A DNA stretch of 64,000 nt from Polyangia bacterium. GTDB taxonomy: Bacteria > Myxococcota_A > Polyangia > Fen-1088. Location of the stretch: NCBI GenBank assembly GCA_035578045.1, contig DATJWP010000104.1:283-64282 (forward strand), read 5' to 3'. Under the pieces are notes generated by a model. That model was not told where the DNA came from. It saw only the letters and a list, made by a program, of their open reading frames with translations, and did not search any database. The position numbers were made by a program, and so were the translations under genes. Below are positions 10,174-17,911 of the stretch, piece by piece; within the stretch, counting starts at the first letter, position 1; each line of letters begins with the position of its first letter.

Positions 10174-10400
10174 CCCTCCTAGGCCGCCTACCGGCGGCAC
10201 GTCGTCGGGCATGGTTCGCGTCGCTCACCGTTGCCTTCGGCAACGCCCTCCTAGGCCGCCTACCGGGCGGCACGTCGTCGGGCATGGTTCGCTTCGCTCA
10301 CCGTTGCCTTCGGCAACGCCCTCCTAGGCCGCCTACCGAGCGGCACGTCGTCGGGCATGGTTCGCTTCGCTCACCGTTGCCTTCGGCAACGCCCTCCTAG
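10174..10400. repeat. three tandem direct repeats of 72-73 bp plus a 9-nt partial fourth unit, in the divergent thrC / aspartokinase spacer
   Basis: Units start at 10174, 10246 and 10319, each beginning CCCTCCTAGGCCGCCTACCG. Each unit contains the small inverted repeats CCGCC-N5/6-GGCGG and CGTTGCC-TTC-GGCAACG. Only a few mismatches separate the units. Confidence 0.9.
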
Positions 10401-10437
10401 CCCTGCACCGCCGGTTCCTGATACACCTTGGCCCGCC

Positions 10438-13062
10438 ATGGGCAAGGGCAGTCAGAAGCTCAGCGTCGAGGTCCACAAGTTCGGCGGGGCGTCGCTCGCC
10501 GACGGCGCGGCGTTCCGTCGCGTCGTCGAGATCGTCGCGGGCCGGCGCGGCGCGCGCGTCGCGGTCGTCTCGGCCCCGGCGGGCGTCACCGATCTGCTGC
10601 TGGGGCTGGCCACCCGGGCCACCGGCGGCGAGACGGACCTGGGCGCCGAGGTCGAGGCGCTCACGACGCGCTACCTCGAGATCCTGCGCGGCGCCGCCGG
10701 GCGCGGCCACACCGTCACCTCCGCCGAGATCAAGGCGTCCATGGACGAGCTGGCCCGACTGCTCTCGAGCCTGGCGGTCCTGCGCGAGCTGACGCCCCGG
10801 ACGCGCGACTTCATCGTCAGCCGCGGTGAGCGCCTGTCCGCCCGCATCCTGACCACCGCGCTCGAAGCCAAGGGGATCCGCGCCCGCTATGTCGACGCGA
10901 CAGAGGTCGTGTTCACGGACGGCCCCTACGGCGGCGCGTCGCCCAACCTGATGATGACCGACCTGCGGGCGCGCAAGGTGCTGCGGCCCATCTGCGCCGC
11001 CGGGGTCATCCCGGTGGTCCCCGGGTTCATCGGCGCCGCGCCGGTCGAGGACGATCGGCGTACCGGCGGCGTCGCCACCCTGGGGCGCGGCGGCACCGAT
11101 CTGACGGCCACCCTGCTGGGCCGTGCCCTGGGCGCGCAGGAAGTGTCGCTCTGGAAGGACGTGCCCGGCCTGCTGACGGCCGACCCGCGCCTGGTCCCCG
11201 ACGCCCGGGTCATCCCGCAGCTTCACGTGCGCGAGGCCGCCGAGCTGGCTTACTTCGGCGCCAAGGTGCTGCACCCGCGCGCGCTGATCCCGGTGGCCGG
11301 CAAGGCCATCCCCGTCTTCGTGCGCCCGTTCGCCGACGATCAACAGCAGGAACCCTCGGAGGGTTCCCGCCCTCTCCCGCGACGGACTTCGCCGGGCGAA
11401 GCCCAGCTACGTCCACGCGCCACGGCGGCCGGCACCGAGATCTCGGCCCGCCGCACGCTGGATCGCTACCCGGTGAAGGCGCTCTCGGCGGTCGGCGGCC
11501 AGGCCCTGATCACCGTGGCGGGGAACGGCATGCTGGGCGTGCCGGGCATCGCGGCGCGCACGTTCGAGAGCCTGCACGCGCAGGGGATCAGCGTGTCGCT
11601 CATCTCGCAGTCGTCGTCCGAGCAGTCGATCTGCTTCTCGGTCCCCGAGGCGACCGCCCGCCAGGCCCGCGACCGGCTGGCCCACGAGTTCCGCGAGCAG
11701 ATCGCCCGGGGCGAGGTCGACGGCATCGAGGCGCGCACCGGCGTGGCCACCGTCGCGGTGGTCGGCATCGGGATGGCGGGCCACCCCGGCATCGCGGCGC
11801 GCGTCTTCTCGGCGCTGGCCGAGGCCGGTATCAACATCGTGGCCATCGCGCAGGGCTCGTCGGAGCTGAACATCTCGTTCGTCGTCGACGCCAAGGAGTC
11901 GGCGGCCGCCCAGCGGGCGGTCCACGCGGCCTTCCAGCTCTCGAAGATCGGCGGCGGCGCGGCGACGCGCGCGGCCCACAGCGACGTCGTGCTGCTGGGA
12001 TTCGGGCTGATCGGCCGGGCGCTGGCGCGGATCATTCCCAAGGGGAACGGTGGCCGGCGCGGCGCCAACGGCGGGCCCGCCCTGCGGCTGGTGGCCGCCA
12101 TCGACCGCCGGGGGTTCGTGTTCGAGCCGTCCGGGCTGTCGCCGCGCGCGCTCGCGTCGCTGATCGCGGCCAAGGAGAGCGGCACCGCGCTGGCCGACGC
12201 GCCCGGCGGCCGCGCCGCCACGCCGCAGGATGCCCTGGCTTTTCTGGCCCAGCACGCGCTGACCGACCCGATCCTGGTCGACGTGACCGCCGACGAGAGC
12301 ACCCCGCTGCTGCGGCAGGCGCTGAGCGCCGGCATGGACGTCGTGCTGGCCAACAAGCGCCCCATCTCGGGGCCGCGCGCCGAGAGCACCGCGCTGGCGA
12401 CGGCCGCCGAGCGGACCGGCCGGCGCCTGCTGACCGAAGCGACCGTGGGCGCCGGACTGCCCATCTTCGACACCCACCGCAAGCTGGTCGAGTCGGGCGA
12501 CCGCGTGCTGAAGATCGAGGGCTGCCTGTCAGGCACGCTCGGCTTCGTGCTGACCGAGGTCGACCGCGGGCGGCCGTTCTCGGCGGCGGTGCGCAAGGCG
12601 ATGGAGCTCGGCTACACCGAGCCCGACCCGCGCGACGACCTGTCGGGGGTCGACGTGGGCCGCAAGGCGCTGATCCTGGGGCGCCTGCTCGGCTTCGGCG
12701 GCGAATCGGCGGACGTCGGCGTCGAGTCGCTGGTGCCGCCCGCCTTCCGCTCGATCGCCCCCGCCGAGTTTCTCAGCCGCCTCGAGGAACTGGACGGTGA
12801 CTGGGCCCGCCGGGCCGCCGCCGCCAAGAACAAGGGTCGGGCCTTGCGCTACATCGCGTCGGTCACCAGGGACCGCATCTCCGTGCGCCTGGAGGCCGTC
12901 GACCGCGCCAGCCCGTTCTTCGGCCTGAAGGGGACCGACAACCAGGTCGCCTTCACGACCGTGCGCTACCGCAAGAACCCGCTGGTCATCACCGGCCCCG
13001 GCGCCGGCCCCGCCGTCACCGCCGCCGGCGTCCTGAACGACATGCTCCGCGCGGGCGCGTAG
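10438..13062 (+). CDS. thrA: bifunctional aspartokinase / homoserine dehydrogenase
   Basis: From ATG 10438: MGKGSQKLSVEVHKFGGASLADG (aspartokinase N-terminus). Also ACT-type region ISVSLISQSSSEQSICFSV and INIVAIAQGSSELNISFVV, and a C-terminal homoserine dehydrogenase (LANKRPISG...KIEGCLSGTLGFV). The track start at 10357 lies inside the tandem repeats. Confidence 0.9.
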   Translation: MGKGSQKLSVEVHKFGGASLADGAAFRRVVEIVAGRRGARVAVVSAPAGVTDLLLGLATRATGGETDLGAEVEALTTRYLEILRGAAGRGHTVTSAEIKASMDELARLLSSLAVLRELTPRTRDFIVSRGERLSARILTTALEAKGIRARYVDATEVVFTDGPYGGASPNLMMTDLRARKVLRPICAAGVIPVVPGFIGAAPVEDDRRTGGVATLGRGGTDLTATLLGRALGAQEVSLWKDVPGLLTADPRLVPDARVIPQLHVREAAELAYFGAKVLHPRALIPVAGKAIPVFVRPFADDQQQEPSEGSRPLPRRTSPGEAQLRPRATAAGTEISARRTLDRYPVKALSAVGGQALITVAGNGMLGVPGIAARTFESLHAQGISVSLISQSSSEQSICFSVPEATARQARDRLAHEFREQIARGEVDGIEARTGVATVAVVGIGMAGHPGIAARVFSALAEAGINIVAIAQGSSELNISFVVDAKESAAAQRAVHAAFQLSKIGGGAATRAAHSDVVLLGFGLIGRALARIIPKGNGGRRGANGGPALRLVAAIDRRGFVFEPSGLSPRALASLIAAKESGTALADAPGGRAATPQDALAFLAQHALTDPILVDVTADESTPLLRQALSAGMDVVLANKRPISGPRAESTALATAAERTGRRLLTEATVGAGLPIFDTHRKLVESGDRVLKIEGCLSGTLGFVLTEVDRGRPFSAAVRKAMELGYTEPDPRDDLSGVDVGRKALILGRLLGFGGESADVGVESLVPPAFRSIAPAEFLSRLEELDGDWARRAAAAKNKGRALRYIASVTRDRISVRLEAVDRASPFFGLKGTDNQVAFTTVRYRKNPLVITGPGAGPAVTAAGVLNDMLRAGA

Positions 13063-13084
13063 CCCTCACCCGCCGGCAACCAGC

Positions 13085-13477
13085 TCAGCGATCGCCCGCG
13101 ACCTCCTGCACGAAGCGTTCGAGGCTCTCCGCGACCGGCCCGGCGACCACCTCCAGGTCGCGAACACGCGCGCGCACCTTCGCCGGGTCCAGCTGCAACA
13201 CATAAGCGTTCCGAAAGAAGCGTCGGAACTTCCGAAGCTCGTGCAAAGCCGGCAAGACGGCTGCCGGCAGCAGCGCCGGACGCAACCGGGGATGTCGAGC
13301 CGCATCTGCTCGAGCAGGTCGATGTGCCAGCTCGGCCCTCTGCAAGCCCCCCTCGGCATCCCACCGCGCCGAAAGATCGCGCGTCTCTCGGTCGCGCTCT
13401 CGGAGCGCCGTCACGTCCACCGCGATCTCGGCCTGAAGGCGCCGAAGCCGGACCAGGACGTCAGGGTCACGGACCAT
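13085..13477 (-). CDS. HEPN/HepT-like protein, partner of the upstream nucleotidyltransferase, with a degenerate catalytic motif
   Basis: 130 aa. Overlaps the upstream MNT gene by 11 nt. The segment HELRKFRRFFRNAYVLQLD resembles the HepT-like FRH..RH.Y region, but Asn replaces the expected His. Confidence 0.55.
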   Translation of the reverse strand: MVRDPDVLVRLRRLQAEIAVDVTALRERDRETRDLSARWDAEGGLQRAELAHRPARADAARHPRLRPALLPAAVLPALHELRKFRRFFRNAYVLQLDPAKVRARVRDLEVVAGPVAESLERFVQEVAGDR

Positions 13478-13823
13478 GGATGGCCATCCCTTCGCCCTCC
13501 ACCCGTGCCCGGAACGAGGCGGGAAGATCGGTCAACGACAGGATGTCGACCGGCTTGCCGATCGACCGCGCCACTGCCGTTTCTATCTCCACGGAGCGAC
13601 CCGCATCGACCCCATCGAACACCAGACCGATGTCGCTGTTGCTCCCGAACTCCCCCCAGGCCAGCGATCCGATGAGCCAGGCCCGGCCCCCGACCGGCAA
13701 TCGGCTGCGCACGAGCGCGAGCACCTCTGCGCGTGCCGAGGCAGCCTGCGCGGCGGCCTGCACCCGCGCCGCGGCTGAACGCCGGCGCAGGGTGTCGAGC
13801 ATCGGTGAACGGCCCGCCGGCAT
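13467..13823 (-). CDS. minimal nucleotidyltransferase (MNT) domain protein
   Basis: LIGSLAWGEFGSNSDIGLVF matches the GS-X(9-13)-D.D nucleotidyltransferase signature, except the second acidic residue is Gly. The start is ambiguous (ATG at 13823 or 13802; track start 13850). Confidence 0.7.
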   Translation of the reverse strand: MPAGRSPMLDTLRRRSAAARVQAAAQAASARAEVLALVRSRLPVGGRAWLIGSLAWGEFGSNSDIGLVFDGVDAGRSVEIETAVARSIGKPVDILSLTDLPASFRARVEGEGMAIHGP

Positions 13824-13849
13824 GGTCACCCACCAGCGTGACACACGCA

Positions 13850-13884
13850 CAAAAAAAAACGGGAGGCCCCCAGGCCTCCCGTTT
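13850..13884 (-). terminator. intrinsic terminator downstream of the porin gene
   Basis: On the minus strand: GGGAGGCC-TGGG-GGCCTCCC hairpin followed by G plus a run of nine T. It lies about 35 nt after the stop of the 13919..15199 gene. Confidence 0.75.
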
Positions 13885-13918
13885 CAGGTTCTCGAAGTCC
13901 TAGCTGTTGATGCTGAGA

Positions 13919-15199
13919 CTAGAACCAGGTGAGCGCGGCGACCGTGCCCGTGAACTGGTTCTTCTTGGTGGTCGACGTCGGCGTGGTGCTGGTGTCGACC
14001 CCGAAGACATCGTCGCCCGAGAAGTCGCCGCGGAGCTCCGGGCGCAGCTCGAAGTTCTTGCCGACGTCGATGCCCAGCATGACCGTCCCTTCCTCGACGT
14101 TGCTGCTGACACCGCCGAAGTGGTTCTGCAGGAACTCGCCGCGGGCCGCGAAGTTCAGGTGGTCGCTGATGACGTAGCGGCCCATGACGGCCACGCCGAT
14201 CTGGTGATCGTCGCTGACCGAGGTGAGCGGCGGCGCCTTCACGTAGTCGAAGTTGACGTTCAAGCCCAGCTTGTCGCTGATGGTGAACGCGCCGACCAGG
14301 TCGACCAGGACGGTGACGGAGCCCGGGATGGTCGTCCCGACCTCGGTCGCTTCCTTGCCGATGTAGGCCGTCGCGATGATCGAGGCCATCGGGTTGATCG
14401 TAACCGACGCCGACAGGCCGACCGTCTTCCAGGCGTTGTTGTCTGGATCAGCCAACGGCGACCCATAGCTGTTGACCAGGCTGGCCTGCAGGGTCAGCTG
14501 ATCGTTGATCTTCAGGTTGGCGCGCACGCCGGTGTGAACGAACGGGATGATCGTGAACAGGAACGACCGCGAGTAGAGCCAGTTCTTGTTCGCCTCGATG
14601 ACCTCGGCGCCCGCCGTGGTGGCGAACTTACCGAAGTCGATGGTCAGGTTGCCGGGCAGCGCGATCTCGCCGTAGGCCTGCTCGACGAAGAACGACGGCG
14701 CCGTCTGACCGCCGGCACTGGGAAGGCTCGTCCCGTTGACGACGGTCGCCGCATCACCGTACCCGACGTCCAACTGAAAGCTGACCGGGTCCATCGCGGC
14801 GTTCAGCGAGACCTTCGCCAGCGACAGGTTGAAGCTGTTCGGGTTGACGTCGAACGCGCGACCAACCGGCGCCGTCAGCGAGTTCATGCCGCTGGCGGGG
14901 TTGAACAGGTACATGTAGTAGGTGTCGACCAACCCGCCCCAGGTCAGCTTCGGCGCGGGCGTGGCAGGGGCCGGCGCGGGCGGCGGCGGCGGGGTCGCCA
15001 TGACGGCAGCGGGCGCGGGAGCCGGCGGCGCCGTCGGCGTGGCCGGCGCGGGCTTCTCGGCCGGTGGCATCGAGCCGCTCGGAGGAGGTGCTTCAGCAGC
15101 CGGCGGCGGAGGTGGAGGCGGCGGTGGCGGCGTCTGCGCGAATGCCCGAACCGGCAGAACAGCAGCTATCGCAAGTGCACATAGACGAAGTCGCATCAA
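13919..15199 (-). CDS. outer-membrane beta-barrel porin (bbp2/OmpL-like) with a Pro/Ala-rich N-terminal linker
   Basis: 426 aa. Signal peptide MMRLRLCALAIAAVLPVRAFA, about 60 aa of Pro/Ala-rich sequence, then alternating beta-strand-like sequence ending ...GTVAALTWF (terminal Phe). An AGGGAGGA Shine-Dalgarno lies upstream. Confidence 0.8.
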   Translation of the reverse strand: MMRLRLCALAIAAVLPVRAFAQTPPPPPPPPPPAAEAPPPSGSMPPAEKPAPATPTAPPAPAPAAVMATPPPPPAPAPATPAPKLTWGGLVDTYYMYLFNPASGMNSLTAPVGRAFDVNPNSFNLSLAKVSLNAAMDPVSFQLDVGYGDAATVVNGTSLPSAGGQTAPSFFVEQAYGEIALPGNLTIDFGKFATTAGAEVIEANKNWLYSRSFLFTIIPFVHTGVRANLKINDQLTLQASLVNSYGSPLADPDNNAWKTVGLSASVTINPMASIIATAYIGKEATEVGTTIPGSVTVLVDLVGAFTISDKLGLNVNFDYVKAPPLTSVSDDHQIGVAVMGRYVISDHLNFAARGEFLQNHFGGVSSNVEEGTVMLGIDVGKNFELRPELRGDFSGDDVFGVDTSTTPTSTTKKNQFTGTVAALTWF

Positions 15200-15332
15200 T
15201 GGTCCTCCCTTTGTTTTTTTCCAGATCCTTGCCGTCGTACTTGGGGCGGACCGTAATCTGTGGTTGTGGTTCGTGTAAAGATTTTCAGCACATCCGATAC
15301 GACAATTTGCCCGCGGGAAACTCGTAAGAAAC

Positions 15333-15378
15333 GTTGACGAAACGTGCCGAATCGGGGCGTTTATCGGGTTTCGTCAAC
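15333..15378 (-). terminator. 11-bp perfect inverted repeat spanning the stop codon of the ABC ATPase gene (terminator-like or operator-like)
   Basis: GTTGACGAAAC (15333..15343) and GTTTCGTCAAC (15368..15378) are separated by 24 nt. On the minus strand they are followed by GTTTCTT. The function was not established. Confidence 0.35.
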
Positions 15379-16872
15379 ACCGGCCATGAGGCGCAGGAGG
15401 CTGGCCTGATCGGCGCCGGCCGGCAGCTCGCCGGCGACCCGGCCTTCCCGGAGAACCAGGAATCGCGTCGAGAGCGCCAGCAGCTCGGGGAGCTCGCTGG
15501 AAATCAGCAGGATCGCTGTTCCCGAGCCGGCCAGCTCGCGCACCAGGGCGTGGATCTCGGCCTTCGCGCCGACGTCGACCCCGCGGGTCGGCTCGTCCAG
15601 GATGAGCAGGCGGCAGTTGGCGGCCAGCCACTTCGCCAGCACCAGCTTCTGCTGGTTGCCGCCCGAGAGCCCGACGGCCGGCCCGTCGAGATCGGGGACC
15701 CGGACCTTCAGCCTCGCGAAAGCGTCGCGGGCACGCGCCTTGGCCGCCGCCGGACGAATCCAGCCCCAGCGCGCCAGCTCGGGAAGCACCGGCAGGGTCA
15801 CGTTCTCGAGCCCGCTCAGGCCCAGGACCAGCCCCTGCCGCTTTCGGTCCTCGGGGACCAGCCCGATCCCCGCGCGCATGGCCTCGACCGGCGACCCGAG
15901 CGGCAGCGCCAGGCCGCCCACCTCGATCCGGCCGCGGGCGGCCCCATCCAGGCCGAAGATCGCCTGGGCGACGTCGGACCGCCCGGAACCGACCAGGCCC
16001 GCCAGGCCCACCACCTCACCCGCCCGGACCTCGAAGCTGACGCCGGCGAAACGTGGCGGGCTCGAGAGCCCTTCCACCCGGAGGACAATGTCTCCGGCAG
16101 GCGGCGGCTGGCCGCCCGGCAGAACTTGCTCCACCTGTCGCCCGTGACGCCCAAGCATGGCCTGGACCAGCGCGGACTCGTCCAGCTCACCGGCCGGCGA
16201 GGTCAGCACGTGGCGGCCGTCGCGCAGCACGGTCACCGTGTCGCACAGGCGAAAGATCTCGGGCATGCGGTGAGAGACGTAGACGCAGGTGGTGCCGCGT
16301 TCGCGCAGGCGCCCCAGCAGTGCGTACAGCCGCTCGGCTTCGTGCTGCGACAGGCTGCTGGTCGGCTCGTCGAAGACCACGATGCGGGCCCCGCCGCCGA
16401 CGGCAGCCGCGATCTGCAGGACCTGCTGCTCCGCCACCGTCAGCTCGCCAACCGGCTTGTCGACGTCCAGATGCAGGTCCGCGTCGATGGCCTCCAGCTG
16501 GGCCCGGGCCCGGCGCGCCATGTCGGTCCGCGAGACGAACGGCCCCCGCCGTGGCAGCCCGCCCAGGCACAGGTTCTCGGCCACCGACAGGTTGTCGCAG
16601 AAGGCCAGCTCCTGGTGGACGATGCCCACCCCGGCGCGCAGCGCGTCCCGCGGTCCCTGGAACCGCACCGGCCGGCCGTCGAGGCGGATCTCGCCGCGGT
16701 CCGGCGTCTCGATGCCGGCCAGCAGCTTGCCGAGCGTGCTCTTCCCTGCCCCGTTCTCGCCGCACAGCGCGTGGCACGCGCCGGCGGCGATCCGGAGGCT
16801 GACGTCGTCCAGCGCGCGCACCCCCGGGAACTGCTTGCTGACCCCGACCAGCTCGATCGCGGCAGCGCTCAT
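15361..16872 (-). CDS. sugar ABC transporter ATP-binding protein (two ABC domains, RbsA/MglA-like)
   Basis: 503 aa. MSAAAIELVGVSKQFPGVRALDDVSLRIAAGACHALCGENGAGKSTLGKLLAG, plus a second Walker A GLVGSGRS and signature LSGGNQQK. Confidence 0.9.
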   Translation of the reverse strand: MSAAAIELVGVSKQFPGVRALDDVSLRIAAGACHALCGENGAGKSTLGKLLAGIETPDRGEIRLDGRPVRFQGPRDALRAGVGIVHQELAFCDNLSVAENLCLGGLPRRGPFVSRTDMARRARAQLEAIDADLHLDVDKPVGELTVAEQQVLQIAAAVGGGARIVVFDEPTSSLSQHEAERLYALLGRLRERGTTCVYVSHRMPEIFRLCDTVTVLRDGRHVLTSPAGELDESALVQAMLGRHGRQVEQVLPGGQPPPAGDIVLRVEGLSSPPRFAGVSFEVRAGEVVGLAGLVGSGRSDVAQAIFGLDGAARGRIEVGGLALPLGSPVEAMRAGIGLVPEDRKRQGLVLGLSGLENVTLPVLPELARWGWIRPAAAKARARDAFARLKVRVPDLDGPAVGLSGGNQQKLVLAKWLAANCRLLILDEPTRGVDVGAKAEIHALVRELAGSGTAILLISSELPELLALSTRFLVLREGRVAGELPAGADQASLLRLMAGVDETR

Positions 16873-16882
16873 GGCACGCGGA

Positions 16883-17911
16883 CTACCTCTGGCCCAGGTT
16901 CAGGTACTCCTCCGGCACGTCGGGGAACCCCCACTGCCGGAGCTGCCGCGCCCAGGATCCCAGGGTGTCGATCGTGACCCGCACCGGGTCCATCGAGACG
17001 ATCGGCGGGACGTCCTGCTTGTAGACCAGCTTGTCGACGATCTTGGTGACGCCCACGTTCCCCCAGAGGTACGAGGCCTGGGCCAGCAGCACCGGCGCCA
17101 GCCCCTTCTCGACGTACGGGAGCTCGGGCGGCAGCGCGTCGACCGCGACGATCTTGACCCGCTTGGGGTCCAGGTCGGTCAGCAGCGTCTTGGTGTAGAG
17201 CGCCCAGCCGCCGGCCATCGCCCAGCCGCTGATGCCGGGGTAGGCGTTGTTGACGCGGATGACCTCGGCGGCGGCGTCCTGCGGCGTCTCCGAGTGATAG
17301 AAGGTGCCGACGATGTGAATGCCGGGGAACTTGGCGGCCTCCGCCTTGATGCCGTCGACCCGCCGCCGCAAGTTGGGGGCGTTCTGGTTGCCGGCCAGGA
17401 TCGCGATCTTGCCGCGCCCGTTCAGCAGCTTGCCCAGCTCGGACATGACCTGCTCGCCCAGCCGCCGATCGTCCACGCCGTAGTACGAGAACCGCTTCGA
17501 GGCGGGAGCGTCGCTGTCGAAGGTCATGACCGGCACGCCGCGCGCGACCGCGTCGTCGATGGCGCCGGTCAGCTTCCCGGCGTCGGAGCAGGAGACCAGG
17601 ATGGCGCTGGCCCCCTCGTTCACGGCCTGGGCGATGCGCTGGGCCTGGATCTGGCCGTCCTCGGTCGGGGGCGTCAGCCACACGATCTCGATCGGCACGC
17701 CGGTCTTGAGCGTCAGATCGCGGGCCGCGGTCTCCGCGCCCCGGCGCGCCGACAGGAAGATCGGATTCGTCGAGCTCTTGGCGATCATCGCGATGCGGAT
17801 CGGCTTGGCGCTGGCCCGCGGCGCATCGCCGGCCGGCGCCGCCGGCGCGCTGGGCGCCTTGCACCCGGCCGCCATCGCCGCGCAGAACAAAGCGACAGCC
17901 GCAAACCTCAT
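16883..17911 (-). CDS. sugar ABC transporter periplasmic substrate-binding lipoprotein (RbsB-like)
   Basis: From ATG 17911: MRFAAVALFCAAMAAGCKAP lipoprotein signal, then a periplasmic-binding-protein type I fold sequence. The start overlaps the permease stop (ATGA). Confidence 0.85.
   Translation of the reverse strand: MRFAAVALFCAAMAAGCKAPSAPAAPAGDAPRASAKPIRIAMIAKSSTNPIFLSARRGAETAARDLTLKTGVPIEIVWLTPPTEDGQIQAQRIAQAVNEGASAILVSCSDAGKLTGAIDDAVARGVPVMTFDSDAPASKRFSYYGVDDRRLGEQVMSELGKLLNGRGKIAILAGNQNAPNLRRRVDGIKAEAAKFPGIHIVGTFYHSETPQDAAAEVIRVNNAYPGISGWAMAGGWALYTKTLLTDLDPKRVKIVAVDALPPELPYVEKGLAPVLLAQASYLWGNVGVTKIVDKLVYKQDVPPIVSMDPVRVTIDTLGSWARQLRQWGFPDVPEEYLNLGQR

Noticed and set aside
10174-10400. 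Possible CRISPR array, based on the regularly spaced repeats.
   Set aside because: The units are directly abutting 72-73 bp repeats with no unique spacers, and no cas genes are nearby. The same reasoning applies to the 48-bp units at 57442..57608.
10357-10437. Track start (10357) for the aspartokinase gene, and small ORFs such as 10086..10400 that encode [13 protein letters not shown]... peptides.
   Set aside because: These peptides are translations of the tandem repeat itself. The conserved aspartokinase N-terminus (KFGGASL) is preceded by a suitable ATG at 10438.
13851-13859. A run of nine A on the plus strand, considered as a possible slippage or phase-variation tract.
   Set aside because: It is the U-tract of the minus-strand intrinsic terminator that follows the GGGAGGCC/GGCCTCCC hairpin, and it lies outside coding sequence.
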